The translations under genes and the position numbers were made by a program. 64,000 nucleotides of DNA from sequence record KJ019152.1; one strand, 5' to 3'. Under the pieces are notes generated by a model. That model did not search any database, was not told the DNA's origin, and saw nothing but the letters and a program-made list of their open reading frames with translations. Of the stretch, positions 38,585 to 47,107 are shown one piece after another (the first letter of the stretch is position 1; each line of letters opens with the position of its first letter).

Positions 38585-38746
38585 CTGATTTTCTCATATC
38601 CAGGGAGCACGGGGTGACCTGTTCTCCCTTTCTTTATGCCGATATGGTTTTTTATGAGTTTGGGTCTAGTGCCTGACTGGGTTCTCAGGGGGCAACAAAC
38701 CCCATATCACCCTGATACCACCCCCCTACACCAAACCACAAACCAT
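38585..38746. repeat. Non-coding element copy A (~160 bp)
   Basis: Blocks CTGATTTT, CCGATATGG, GTCTAGTGCCTGACTGGGTTCTCAG and AACCAT shared with the 48414 copy at the same spacing. Confidence 0.75.
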
Positions 38747-38806
38747 TGTGCCAGTTGGACTAGTGGCACAACCCCCCTTGGCAAACCCACAGCAGTCGTG
38801 TATTGT
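38747..38806 (+). promoter_or_regulatory. Cassette 10
   Basis: TGTGCCAGTT-GGAC-TAGTGGCACA; TTGGCA-17-TATTGT. Confidence 0.85.
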
Positions 38807-38852
38807 ATAGAAGTGGAGGGGAGACCCACCACACAAACCATTCACCAAAACA

Positions 38853-39044
38853 ATGACTGAGATTTACACACAACCAACATTCTCAGTTCATTACTCAAGT
38901 GATGAACACGATCAAATCTTAACTGAAACTGATTCTCTCTTTGAAGCAACTTGTGAGTACTACGAGATGATCGAAGATTTAGAAGATGATGAATGGATTT
39001 CAATCTACAATGAAGATTACAAAATCCTCAAGATTTCAGAATGA
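38853..39044 (+). CDS. Acidic hypothetical protein
   Basis: Follows cassette 10. Confidence 0.65.
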   Translation: MTEIYTQPTFSVHYSSDEHDQILTETDSLFEATCEYYEMIEDLEDDEWISIYNEDYKILKISE

Positions 39045-39079
39045 GGGGAGACCCACCACACAAACCACTAACTAACCAA

Positions 39080-39262
39080 ATGAACCGTATCCAAATCAAC
39101 AAAGAACTCACACAACTTCGCGAAGAACGTGAAAAAGCACAGCGTGAAGTTGATAACATTCAAGCATGTATGAATGAGTTGATGAAGAAGCGTAATGAGT
39201 TGGATATGGAACAAGAAGAGCGTTCAGGTCAGATGTTATTCGACCAGATGTTCGGAGGTTGA
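39080..39262 (+). CDS. Coiled-coil hypothetical protein
   Basis: Start refined; ends LFDQMFGG. Confidence 0.6.
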   Translation: MNRIQINKELTQLREEREKAQREVDNIQACMNELMKKRNELDMEQEERSGQMLFDQMFGG

Positions 39263-39291
39263 GTTAGTAACACAAACTATTCACTAAAACA

Positions 39292-39537
39292 ATGAACACA
39301 ACAACAATCAACATTCTCAAATCACTGGACATTCTTTCCACTTTGATTCAGGCATTCTATGAGATTGGATATGAACTTGGCACCTTCTATCGCAACCATC
39401 TTCATTCACATGTGAAGTTTGCTATTGAATACTCTGGTCTTGTTATTCGTGAGACCTATGGTAACCGTCAAGAGTATTTCACAAAACTGAATAACTTCCG
39501 CAACCAAGCTGGTTCATACTTTGTCTATAGCGTGTGA
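39292..39537 (+). CDS. Hypothetical protein
   Basis: Stop TGA in cassette 11 dyad. Confidence 0.65.
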   Translation: MNTTTINILKSLDILSTLIQAFYEIGYELGTFYRNHLHSHVKFAIEYSGLVIRETYGNRQEYFTKLNNFRNQAGSYFVYSV

Positions 39538-39592
39538 CAGTTGAGGAAGTGGCACAACCCCCCTTGGCAAACCCCTCAGGGGGTGCTATACT
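39533..39592 (+). promoter_or_regulatory. Cassette 11
   Basis: TGTGACAGTT-GAGG-AAGTGGCACA; TTGGCA-17-TATACT. Confidence 0.92.
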
Positions 39593-39617
39593 ATATTCAT
39601 ACCAAAGGGAACCACCC

Positions 39618-39860
39618 ATGACTCATCTTTCCTTCACTCAGACCACACAAAACGCACTCCGTGAGTTAGATCGTTTAGAGGGAATTAAAGTTAGACTCGC
39701 TGGTCTGATTGTTGATCTTAAAGAGACACCATCAGCTAACTCTGAGACTTGGGTCAGGATGTATACTGACCGCCTCGTTTCTAATGTTATCCCAGCCATC
39801 AAGGAAGTTAAAGAATATCTCACTAGTCAGGATGCACTAGTTACCAAAGCATCCAACTGA
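39618..39860 (+). CDS. Hypothetical early protein
   Basis: Start refined to ATG 39618 after AAGGGA. Confidence 0.65.
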   Translation: MTHLSFTQTTQNALRELDRLEGIKVRLAGLIVDLKETPSANSETWVRMYTDRLVSNVIPAIKEVKEYLTSQDALVTKASN

Positions 39861-39862
39861 CA

Positions 39863-39908
39863 AACTGGCACAAGGGGGGTTGGCAAGACCCCCCAAAACC
39901 CCTATACT
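39863..39908 (+). promoter_or_regulatory. Cassette 12 (right half-site)
   Basis: AACTGGCACA-7-TTGGCA-17-TATACT. Confidence 0.85.
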
Positions 39909-39937
39909 AAACACATACCAAACAAAGGGAACAACCC

Positions 39938-40189
39938 ATGGCTCAACAAATTAAAATGAGAACACGAGTTTATTCTGATGTGACAGTAAGAGATCCACAG
40001 AAATATTATGATAGTGTGTTTCAGGGTTATAATGAGTACTGGACACTATTAGATTCAGAAGATCCACAATGTATCTTAGTTGAGACTACAGCACAATATG
40101 ATCTAAACCCAGAGGGTTTGGATAACTTATACGACTTGATTACTCCTGAAATGTATCAGTCAACATCAAGGACTTATGTGAAAGTATAA
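39938..40189 (+). CDS. Hypothetical early protein
   Basis: AAGGGA RBS. Confidence 0.7.
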   Translation: MAQQIKMRTRVYSDVTVRDPQKYYDSVFQGYNEYWTLLDSEDPQCILVETTAQYDLNPEGLDNLYDLITPEMYQSTSRTYVKV

Positions 40190-40191
40190 GG

Positions 40192-40250
40192 TGTGACAGT
40201 TGGAGAAGTGGCACACGCTTCCCCGCAAACCACCCCACACCTGCTATACT
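40192..40250 (+). promoter_or_regulatory. Cassette 13 (CCCGCA subtype)
   Basis: TGTGACAGTT-GGAG-AAGTGGCACA-6-CCCGCA-17-TATACT. Confidence 0.88.
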
Positions 40251-40271
40251 ATATTCATACCAAAGGAACCA

Positions 40272-40439
40272 ATGTTTAAGTCACAAGTTCAGCGAATCGT
40301 CCGCGACACTGTTATTGGTCAGAGTGCTTCACTCACACGCGAAGAGAAGTGGTCCGTGTTCATCCAAGTCTGTGATGGTCTCTACAGTGACGGTCGCATC
40401 ACACTCAAGCAACATGAAAGTTGGACATCCCCTTTCTGA
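40272..40439 (+). CDS. Hypothetical early protein
   Basis: MFKSQVQRIVR..DGRITLKQHESWTSPF. Confidence 0.7.
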   Translation: MFKSQVQRIVRDTVIGQSASLTREEKWSVFIQVCDGLYSDGRITLKQHESWTSPF

Positions 40440-40448
40440 TTACCCTGA

Positions 40449-40508
40449 TGTGACAGTTGGACTAGTGGCACAAGCCCCCTAGGCAAACCCCTCCACACCT
40501 GCTATACT
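40449..40508 (+). promoter_or_regulatory. Cassette 14
   Basis: TGTGACAGTT-GGAC-TAGTGGCACA; TAGGCA-17-TATACT. Confidence 0.92.
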
Positions 40509-40532
40509 ATATTCATACCAAAGGAACCCAAC

Positions 40533-40730
40533 ATGGTTATCGACACTGACAACTATTTCACCACTGACAACGATCTTCTTCAGGCAGTATCACAATTCAT
40601 TCTCTCACTGAATAATAAATTGATCAGTCAGAATGAGAACTTCCAGAGGGATACTGGTATCACTACTCTTGATAGTTTCAATGAGTGTCTTATCGCTGAA
40701 TGTGAAGAATACAAGTGTTATGATGTATAA
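40533..40730 (+). CDS. Hypothetical early protein
   Basis: AAGGA RBS. Confidence 0.65.
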   Translation: MVIDTDNYFTTDNDLLQAVSQFILSLNNKLISQNENFQRDTGITTLDSFNECLIAECEEYKCYDV

Positions 40731-40890
40731 TGAGATTACTTATTCTCTTCTTGTTTGTCACTGGGTTTCTAGTCCTTAGATTCGGAGTTGTCCCCCATGA
40801 CAACTACGTATTTGATTGTGACAACATCCCACAAACAACAATCAACACCATCGCCTGTGGTGGTTAACACTCAACCTCAACTATTTCATC

Positions 40891-41400
40891 ATGACTGATA
40901 CTAACAAGGCTCAAACAATTGAAGAGCTGAAAGCTGAAGTTTCTGAACTGAAGGCAGCTAGGAAGGAAGAACTTCTGGCACAGGCAGAACAACGAAAGCA
41001 AGATGAGGAACTTCGTTCACTCGAACTTCAGAAACAAGCTCTAGAAAGTGGTTCCCTCCCCTCCCCCACAGGCACACCCCAGTCACTACAACGTAGGATG
41101 ACTGATATTGAAAACGCACGAGTTCGCACCTGGGCATATGCACTAGGAGCTTATTTCACTGGTCCTATCATGCCAGCTGTGGTGGCTAATCGTACTAAGA
41201 ACTGGACACCTTTCTGGGCTGGATTGGGTCTTGGCATTGTATCTCTCCCCCTAGCATTTGCTGACCTTGGTATCATCTCCTCTGTTCCTGCAGCTGCTTT
41301 AGGAACTGTACTTCAGGCTCAGAAATCTAACAAGAAGCGTGAGGAGTTGGGTATTGTTTCCCCTGAGGAAGCTGACCTCCTCCGGTTCAAACAGTTCTGA
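40891..41400 (+). CDS. Coiled-coil + transmembrane hypothetical protein
   Basis: N-terminal coiled coil; hydrophobic FWAGLGLGIVSLPLAFA.. Confidence 0.7.
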   Translation: MTDTNKAQTIEELKAEVSELKAARKEELLAQAEQRKQDEELRSLELQKQALESGSLPSPTGTPQSLQRRMTDIENARVRTWAYALGAYFTGPIMPAVVANRTKNWTPFWAGLGLGIVSLPLAFADLGIISSVPAAALGTVLQAQKSNKKREELGIVSPEEADLLRFKQF

Positions 41401-41497
41401 TTAAGTTACATCTCTGACCTCCTCAGTTTATACTGACGACTAAACCAACCGAGAGCGCTGGTCCCCTCTCACAACTCACCTTATCTAACTATCTACT

Positions 41498-42043
41498 ATG
41501 GCTATTTTCTCCGAAGAGTTCACCAACAGCATCAAGTCTAAAGTTGATTCAGCAAAGAACAAAATCTCTAACATCAACATTGGGAAACAGAGTGTCGTTG
41601 CTATTGTGGGGGGCACGTTGGTATTCTCTACCCTCGCAGTTGGTGCAGTTGGTGCTACAGTTCGTCAGGTTGTTGGTTCTAACATTGGCAAAGAATGTAA
41701 TGTGGCTGTTGGTGACTATGTGAGGTTGGCTGAAGTTCAAGAGACACAACTACTCAAGGCTAATGGATATATTCAATCGGTTCTAGAAAACCCTTGGAGC
41801 GCCCTAGTCCTTGGTGCTAGGATGTCTGAGATGGCAGACGAGATGAGTGCTCGTTGGGATGAGATTGGTGAAGCTGATGACACTTACCTTGAATCATGTG
41901 TTCTTGATGGTGACTTCAAGCGTTGGGTATTTGGTGGATATGTTCAAGAGGATCGTGAAGTGAAGTGGGAAGCTCAAGCTAACCTAGAGGAAACTCGTCA
42001 GGTTACAGTTAAACTCTCTGAGCAACTAGATAGCCGGTACTGA
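41498..42043 (+). CDS. Membrane-anchored hypothetical protein
   Basis: TM segment VVAIVGGTLVFSTLAVGAVG; stop abuts cassette 15. Confidence 0.7.
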   Translation: MAIFSEEFTNSIKSKVDSAKNKISNINIGKQSVVAIVGGTLVFSTLAVGAVGATVRQVVGSNIGKECNVAVGDYVRLAEVQETQLLKANGYIQSVLENPWSALVLGARMSEMADEMSARWDEIGEADDTYLESCVLDGDFKRWVFGGYVQEDREVKWEAQANLEETRQVTVKLSEQLDSRY

Positions 42044-42103
42044 TGTGACAGTTGAATAAGTGGCACAAGGGGGGTTCGCAACCCTCCTTTTTTATGCTAT
42101 ACT
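42044..42103 (+). promoter_or_regulatory. Cassette 15
   Basis: TGTGACAGTT-GAAT-AAGTGGCACA; TTCGCA-17-TATACT; hairpin with T6. Confidence 0.9.
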
Positions 42104-42127
42104 ATATTCATACCAAAGGAACCACAC

Positions 42128-42379
42128 ATGCCCAACCCTTTCGAGTCACTGACCTCTGAGGAGTTTTCGTTTCTATCTGACGCATGTGCCCTCTCTGAGC
42201 AAATGTGGAGGGAGCGCTCCCGTTCTATAAAAGTAGGGGAGCCACGTTGGTTTCTAGATGGTGAGCCCATGTTCACTGAAGAGGAATGTCGCTCAGAAAT
42301 GAAACGATACCGTGAGCTACAGAAGCGAGTTTCCTGGTTCACCCTCACACCAGAGGAGAGGGAGGGTGTGCCAGTCTAG
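42128..42379 (+). CDS. Hypothetical early protein
   Basis: AAGGA RBS; stop in cassette 16 dyad. Confidence 0.7.
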   Translation: MPNPFESLTSEEFSFLSDACALSEQMWRERSRSIKVGEPRWFLDGEPMFTEEECRSEMKRYRELQKRVSWFTLTPEEREGVPV

Positions 42380-42426
42380 AAACTGGCACAAGCCCCCTAG
42401 GCAAACCCCTCCTTTTCTGCTATACT
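42367..42426 (+). promoter_or_regulatory. Cassette 16
   Basis: TGTGCCAGTC-TAGA-AACTGGCACA (near-perfect dyad); TAGGCA-17-TATACT. Confidence 0.92.
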
Positions 42427-42448
42427 ATTCACATACAGACAAAACACT

Positions 42449-43354
42449 ATGGCTAAGAATCTCCACCTAGAACACCCAGAAGACCAGCTCCTCACTGGTG
42501 ATGATAGTGTCATCAGTTGGTTCTATGCAACCTCTAGTTCCTCTGTGAAGATGGATGGTAGTCCTGCAATAGTTTGGGGAACTAACCCAGAAAATGGTGA
42601 GTTCTTTGTGGGAACTAAGTCAGTCTTCAATAAGAAGAAGATCAAGATATGTTATACCCAGAAAGATATTACAACCTTATATGGTCATCAACCTAATGTG
42701 GTTGCTATCCTTACCGCCTGTTTGGCATACCTCCCCCGCACTGATGTAGTGTATCAGGGTGACTTTATTGGGTTTGGTGGTGATGATACCTACACCCCAA
42801 ATACTGTCACCTATGTGTTCCCTGAGGTTATTCAGGAACGTGTTATCATGGCACCCCACACTTTCTATGTGGGTGAGAAGATGACTGAGATGGATGCCTT
42901 CCCTATCTTATCCACTCTAGATGAATCACGTCATGTTCACTTTGTTCAACCCACTGTAGATATCTACAACGATAAGGCAAACTGGGAAGAGTTTCAGCGT
43001 TGTTATGATGAAGTGAAAGAGGTAGATGGTTTCCTAGGTATCAAGAGAGCCGCAGAGGCAAAGATCATCATCAACCAGTTACTTCGTAACAACAAGTATC
43101 TCAGTATCCCACTATTGACTGAGATCTTTGGTACTAAAGAGATGGCTATTCTGTACACCTTCGCACTACATGAGAAGTTCAGAATCCTTGAGGATGCTAT
43201 CTACTACGATGGTCCTCAGTGTTTGTTAGATGGTGATGATGTAGAGTCTGAGGGTATTGTTAGAACCAATCAGTTTGGTTCTATGAAACTCGTCAATCGT
43301 TACATCTTCAGTGTAGCAAACTTCAACAACAGCAAGTTCAGAGAGGTGAAGTAA
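42449..43354 (+). CDS. Putative ligase-fold nucleotidyltransferase (KxDG)
   Basis: HLEHPED, SVKMDGSPAI (motif I), FFVGTKSVFNK, ESEGIV..MKLVNR (motifs IV/V). Confidence 0.55.
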   Translation: MAKNLHLEHPEDQLLTGDDSVISWFYATSSSSVKMDGSPAIVWGTNPENGEFFVGTKSVFNKKKIKICYTQKDITTLYGHQPNVVAILTACLAYLPRTDVVYQGDFIGFGGDDTYTPNTVTYVFPEVIQERVIMAPHTFYVGEKMTEMDAFPILSTLDESRHVHFVQPTVDIYNDKANWEEFQRCYDEVKEVDGFLGIKRAAEAKIIINQLLRNNKYLSIPLLTEIFGTKEMAILYTFALHEKFRILEDAIYYDGPQCLLDGDDVESEGIVRTNQFGSMKLVNRYIFSVANFNNSKFREVK

Positions 43355-43548
43355 TGATTGACTTCGATACTCTAACTCACGAAGAACTAGAGAGACTATC
43401 TGATGACTGTGAAGACTTTCTTCTTCATAGAAATATACCTCTAAGGTCACATTCCTATGAGAATATCATCAGACATGCTATTTTGGAAGGATACCAACTC
43501 TCTCGGTATCCTGGTGTGACACCTGGGAAACTGGCACAAGACCCCTAG
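43354..43548 (+). CDS. Hypothetical protein reading through cassette 17 dyad
   Basis: C-term GVTPGKLAQDP encoded by the dyad. Confidence 0.6.
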   Translation: MIDFDTLTHEELERLSDDCEDFLLHRNIPLRSHSYENIIRHAILEGYQLSRYPGVTPGKLAQDP

Positions 43549-43574
43549 ACAAACCAGACCACACCTGCTATACT
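43515..43574 (+). promoter_or_regulatory. Cassette 17
   Basis: TGTGACACCT-GGGA-AACTGGCACA; TAGACA-17-TATACT. Confidence 0.9.
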
Positions 43575-43598
43575 ATATTCATACCAAACAAACAACCC

Positions 43599-43856
43599 AT
43601 GCAACTCACAGCACAACACGCAAACATCGTTGTTGATTTCTACCCTGTAAAGTATTCTGATGGTACTATCAGTGAGCGTCTAATGTATAAAACAGTGAAG
43701 TTCGTTGGTTCACCCCCATCCAAGTCATATATCAACAAAGAATCCTTCGAAAAGGAAGTTGATTCCCGTGTTTATGGTTTTGGTTATGAGGTGACTGCTC
43801 TACATACAGAGCCACAACTCTTCAACTCTGCACTTGTTCAAACTCGCTGGTCATAA
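43599..43856 (+). CDS. Hypothetical early protein
   Basis: VVDFYPVKYSDG..YGFGYEV. Confidence 0.7.
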   Translation: MQLTAQHANIVVDFYPVKYSDGTISERLMYKTVKFVGSPPSKSYINKESFEKEVDSRVYGFGYEVTALHTEPQLFNSALVQTRWS

Positions 43857-43858
43857 GT

Positions 43859-44050
43859 ATGAATTATACACAACGGTTGTATGAAGCTGAACAACTCTCC
43901 ACTATGTGTTACCTCCAGGATATTGATCTAATGGATTGTATCATGGAGGTACGTGATTATCTAGAGTTGGGTTATAATGAAAGTAAAGATATTGCCTCAG
44001 GTACATATAAAGTTCTCTCATCAATGAATCCCAATGAGCCTATCAAATGA
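43859..44050 (+). CDS. Hypothetical protein
   Basis: Operon packing. Confidence 0.55.
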   Translation: MNYTQRLYEAEQLSTMCYLQDIDLMDCIMEVRDYLELGYNESKDIASGTYKVLSSMNPNEPIK

Positions 44051-44405
44051 ATCAATGAAGAAACTTGTGGAAAACGTTGGACCTGATGTTTTCCATCTAA
44101 TTGCTTCTGACCCATACTATACTGAGACCTTTATGAACCTATTACCTGGTGCAATCACTGAGGTTATTGGTGACACTTCCCCTGAACTTATTGGTGCTTT
44201 GGGTATCAGTATCATGAACAGAATTGAGTTTGTTGGTGACGATGATGGTGGTGATAATAAAGCCGCTAAAGTGTGGGAGGAGAGATATAGATCTCTGTTT
44301 CGTTATGTCAAAAACACATACGCATCAGAGTATGTTGATGGGGCAGAATATGGTCAGATGGGTACAATGTATGGAGATTTTACTAGTACCTCGGAGTTAG
44401 ACTGA
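44034..44405 (+). CDS. Hypothetical protein
   Basis: Operon packing. Confidence 0.6.
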   Translation: MSLSNESMKKLVENVGPDVFHLIASDPYYTETFMNLLPGAITEVIGDTSPELIGALGISIMNRIEFVGDDDGGDNKAAKVWEERYRSLFRYVKNTYASEYVDGAEYGQMGTMYGDFTSTSELD

Positions 44406-44608
44406 TGCCATCATTTACACCCTATGGTAGATACCAACTAACATCAGTTCAGGTAGATTTGATCCTACACTGCATGAGTGAGTATAAAGGACTCACCACA
44501 CAGGAAGATAACGAGAGGAGAAAGATTGTAGAAGAACTTAGCAACTCTTTTGCTGATACTGACCCATCAGATCCTTACCTAGATCATTACTATACTTGTG
44601 ACTATTGA
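44405..44608 (+). CDS. Hypothetical protein
   Basis: TGATG coupling. Confidence 0.55.
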   Translation: MPSFTPYGRYQLTSVQVDLILHCMSEYKGLTTQEDNERRKIVEELSNSFADTDPSDPYLDHYYTCDY

Positions 44609-44982
44609 TGAATGAACTCTTTCCTTTTCCTGGTTTCCAGTATAGGCTAGACTATACAGATAACGGAACTCCAAAGCTATGTTGGTTTGAATGTGAGGAT
44701 CATTTAGCCAAACATATATCTAGATACAAACTAACAAAGAAAACTCACAGGGCAAAGATACAAACCCCTCGCGGTGTGAAGTTGGCGAAAGACCCCCTAG
44801 CCACCAAACCAGCCAGGAAACGGAAAACCACCCCACCAAACCCCAGTGGTGGCGGGGGTTCTAAAGTATCAAAAACACAAAAATCCATAACGAAGGGTAA
44901 GAAGGTAGAAACACCCACCCCCTCCCGTAGGAAAGCGAAGAAATCAGTTTTTAGTACCGTGGAGGACTTCTTTACCAAATGA
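44605..44982 (+). CDS. Basic hypothetical protein
   Basis: FPFPGFQYRL..CWFECEDHLAKHISRY; Lys-rich tail. Confidence 0.65.
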   Translation: MMNELFPFPGFQYRLDYTDNGTPKLCWFECEDHLAKHISRYKLTKKTHRAKIQTPRGVKLAKDPLATKPARKRKTTPPNPSGGGGSKVSKTQKSITKGKKVETPTPSRRKAKKSVFSTVEDFFTK

Positions 44983-45170
44983 TTGTACCTAACGAATCAG
45001 AATTGCTCCACATGAAGATACAGGCTGCTATGAGAGAGAATAACTTTCCTCACAATCAGTTGATGTATCTGGGAGTGAGAGAAGAACAACACTGGTATCT
45101 AATAGCAGGGAAACACGAAGTGCCAGTAACAATGTTAGAGGGATTTGAGAGGATTGATGATGAAGAATGA
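44979..45170 (+). CDS. Hypothetical protein
   Basis: HWYLIAGKHEVPV. Confidence 0.6.
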   Translation: MIVPNESELLHMKIQAAMRENNFPHNQLMYLGVREEQHWYLIAGKHEVPVTMLEGFERIDDEE

Positions 45171-45308
45171 TAAACTAAAGACATATCACCTAAAGGTAAA
45201 GTTTATGGATGAACTAACCTATGGTCAGTTTATTACAGCACCCAGTGAAGAGGAAGCCATGAGACTTTTCATTGAGGAGTATATCTACATCGCATCGGAG
45301 AGAGACAC

Positions 45309-45500
45309 ATGAACCACAATAAGGTAGCAGAGGCTCTTCATGAAGAAGTAACTGATTATATCTTTAAGAACCATTATCGCCATATCAAATCAGTTTATAC
45401 TGATGTTGTTGAGGAATACATAGAGAGGGAAGTGGGTCCTCTAACTGAGAGGAACCACAAACAACTAGTTAAACAACTCGTTAAATTCTACATCTCCTGA
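45309..45500 (+). CDS. Hypothetical protein
   Basis: GGAG RBS. Confidence 0.55.
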   Translation: MNHNKVAEALHEEVTDYIFKNHYRHIKSVYTDVVEEYIEREVGPLTERNHKQLVKQLVKFYIS

Positions 45501-45514
45501 TTGAGCTTTTCGTT

Positions 45515-45724
45515 ATGTCTTCACCATCAGCATTCACACCAGCATTAGGTCTAGAAGTTGAATACAGGGGCTTTGTGGGTTATATCAAGTTTATAGATGA
45601 AGAATATTTAACAGTGTGTGTGAAGAAGAAAGAGCACCAAATGTTTGGTGATGTTTGTATGGTTGTGTATCCAAGTCAGTGGGAACACATTAAACTAATG
45701 GGCGGACCTCACAGAGACCGCTAG
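45515..45724 (+). CDS. Hypothetical protein
   Basis: GLEVEYRGFVGYIKFID.EYLTVCV; stop in cassette 18 dyad. Confidence 0.65.
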   Translation: MSSPSAFTPALGLEVEYRGFVGYIKFIDEEYLTVCVKKKEHQMFGDVCMVVYPSQWEHIKLMGGPHRDR

Positions 45725-45781
45725 GACAGTTGGGGAAGTGTCACAAGGGGGCTAGGCAAGCCCCCTTTGTCGTGCTATACT
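45722..45781 (+). promoter_or_regulatory. Cassette 18
   Basis: TAGGACAGTT-GGGG-AAGTGTCACA; TAGGCA-17-TATACT; GGGGGCT/AGCCCCC hairpin. Confidence 0.88.
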
Positions 45782-45808
45782 ATATTCATACCAAAGGGAA
45801 CCACCCCC

Positions 45809-45955
45809 ATGACTATCAACTTTAAAAGTCTATTCATCACCACTTGTGTGGGTCTCACCCTAATACTAGGGAGCTTCGCTTTTACCAGTGATTATGGTAC
45901 TGAGACCGGGCGTGGCGAACAGACTGAGAGCCCTTACTACGGACCCGCTTTCTAA
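45809..45955 (+). CDS. Small membrane/exported peptide
   Basis: MTINFKSLFITTCVGLTLILGSFA. Confidence 0.6.
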   Translation: MTINFKSLFITTCVGLTLILGSFAFTSDYGTETGRGEQTESPYYGPAF

Positions 45956-46000
45956 AGTGGCACAAGGGGGGTTGGCAATACCCTCTACACCTGCTATACT
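45955..46000 (+). promoter_or_regulatory. Cassette 19 (right half-site)
   Basis: AAGTGGCACA-7-TTGGCA-17-TATACT. Confidence 0.85.
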
Positions 46001-46023
46001 AAACACATACCAAACAAAGAACC

Positions 46024-46200
46024 ATGTTCAAACTTCAACTCAAGTGGCAGAAAGAAGGTGAGTGGATTGATACAGTATACGCTCCTACAGAATACGCAAC
46101 AGCTTTCTTTCGTTGGAGACAGTACCAAGAGCTTTGGGGTGATACTCACACCTATCGCCTCCTCGATGTGACACCTCAGGAAGTGGCACAAGCCTCCTAG
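46024..46200 (+). CDS. Hypothetical early protein (58 aa, not in ORF track)
   Basis: MFKLQLKWQKEGEWIDTVY..LLDVTPQEVAQAS; reads through cassette 20 dyad. Confidence 0.65.
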   Translation: MFKLQLKWQKEGEWIDTVYAPTEYATAFFRWRQYQELWGDTHTYRLLDVTPQEVAQAS

Positions 46201-46226
46201 GCAAACCACCCCACACCTGCTATACT
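46167..46226 (+). promoter_or_regulatory. Cassette 20
   Basis: TGTGACACCT-CAGG-AAGTGGCACA; TAGGCA-17-TATACT. Confidence 0.9.
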
Positions 46227-46249
46227 AAACACATACCAAACAAAGAACC

Positions 46250-46531
46250 ATGAATTTCAAGTCCTTCCTTCTTTCCTCACTCATCGTCACCACCGGGCTA
46301 GTAGCCTCAGCACCAGGAGCCAAAGCCGCTGAATGTTTCATGGGTGATGGCTATCGGGTTTGTATGGAGAGCTTAGGCATGAACCGTTGGGAAGTATCCT
46401 TCGAGAACAACCATGGCTCAGAGTTTATGGAGGTTCAGTGTATTGGCAAGAGTGTGAGTGATTGGACATCACGAGGTGATTTGAGTCAGTCTGAGGCAAA
46501 CTATCTCGCAGAACAGTTCTGTTCCTGGTAA
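46250..46531 (+). CDS. Exported 4-Cys protein
   Basis: Signal peptide ending AKA; 4 Cys; similar to 51409. Confidence 0.75.
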   Translation: MNFKSFLLSSLIVTTGLVASAPGAKAAECFMGDGYRVCMESLGMNRWEVSFENNHGSEFMEVQCIGKSVSDWTSRGDLSQSEANYLAEQFCSW

Positions 46532-46564
46532 GATATAACAACTAACCAACTCTACACTATTATC

Positions 46565-46723
46565 ATGTTTGTATCCTTCACTGAAATCCAAGACTACATT
46601 CGCGAAGATCAATACACATATAGTGAGCGCCAGTTCCGCTCACGCAAGTATAAAAAGAACGAACGTCGTTATCAGCGTCGTCAGAAGCAACAACAAAGAG
46701 AACGCAACTACGATAGCGTGTGA
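46565..46723 (+). CDS. Small basic protein (52 aa, not in ORF track)
   Basis: MFVSFTEIQDYIRED..RKYKKNERRYQRRQKQ; stop in cassette 21 dyad. Confidence 0.55.
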   Translation: MFVSFTEIQDYIREDQYTYSERQFRSRKYKKNERRYQRRQKQQQRERNYDSV

Positions 46724-46777
46724 CAGTTGGAGAAGTGGCACACACTTCTCCGCAAACCCCTCAGGGGGTGCTATACT
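46719..46777 (+). promoter_or_regulatory. Cassette 21 (TCCGCA subtype)
   Basis: TGTGACAGTT-GGAG-AAGTGGCACA-6-TCCGCA-17-TATACT. Confidence 0.88.
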
Positions 46778-46802
46778 ATATTCATACCAAAGGGAACCAC
46801 CC

Positions 46803-47027
46803 ATGACCACCACCACTCCAAACCTCTACAACGAAGCTATCCGTCGTTTGGCTGACGGGTTCTCCTCAGAGTTCGCTGAGTTCTGTGCAGGAGACGAGAG
46901 GGTTCACGAGATCATGATGGACCTCGCTAGTGAGTTCGTAGAAACCAATATCCCTGTAGTGAGTGAGGATAGCCAGCACGACGTGGCTTCTGAGCTCCTC
47001 ATGAGTATCACAGTCACCAAGGTGTGA
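46803..47027 (+). CDS. Hypothetical early protein
   Basis: Start refined; stop in cassette 22 dyad. Confidence 0.7.
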   Translation: MTTTTPNLYNEAIRRLADGFSSEFAEFCAGDERVHEIMMDLASEFVETNIPVVSEDSQHDVASELLMSITVTKV

Positions 47028-47082
47028 CAGTCTAGGAACTGGCACAAGGGGGGTTGGCAACACCCCCCAAAACCTCTATACT
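47023..47082 (+). promoter_or_regulatory. Cassette 22
   Basis: TGTGACAGTC-TAGG-AACTGGCACA; TTGGCA-17-TATACT. Confidence 0.92.
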
Positions 47083-47107
47083 AAACACATACCAAACAAC
47101 CCAGACC

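Noticed and set aside
38636-38860. 74-aa ORF spanning element A and cassette 10
   Set aside because: No RBS, and it crosses a promoter cassette. It is better explained as non-coding.
39534-39617. N-terminal extensions of ORF-track calls starting within cassettes (e.g. 39534, 40200, 46569, 47054, 49884, 51730, 52507, 55605)
   Set aside because: They translate the promoter repeat itself. True starts are the ATGs after the AAGGA or A/C-rich leader.
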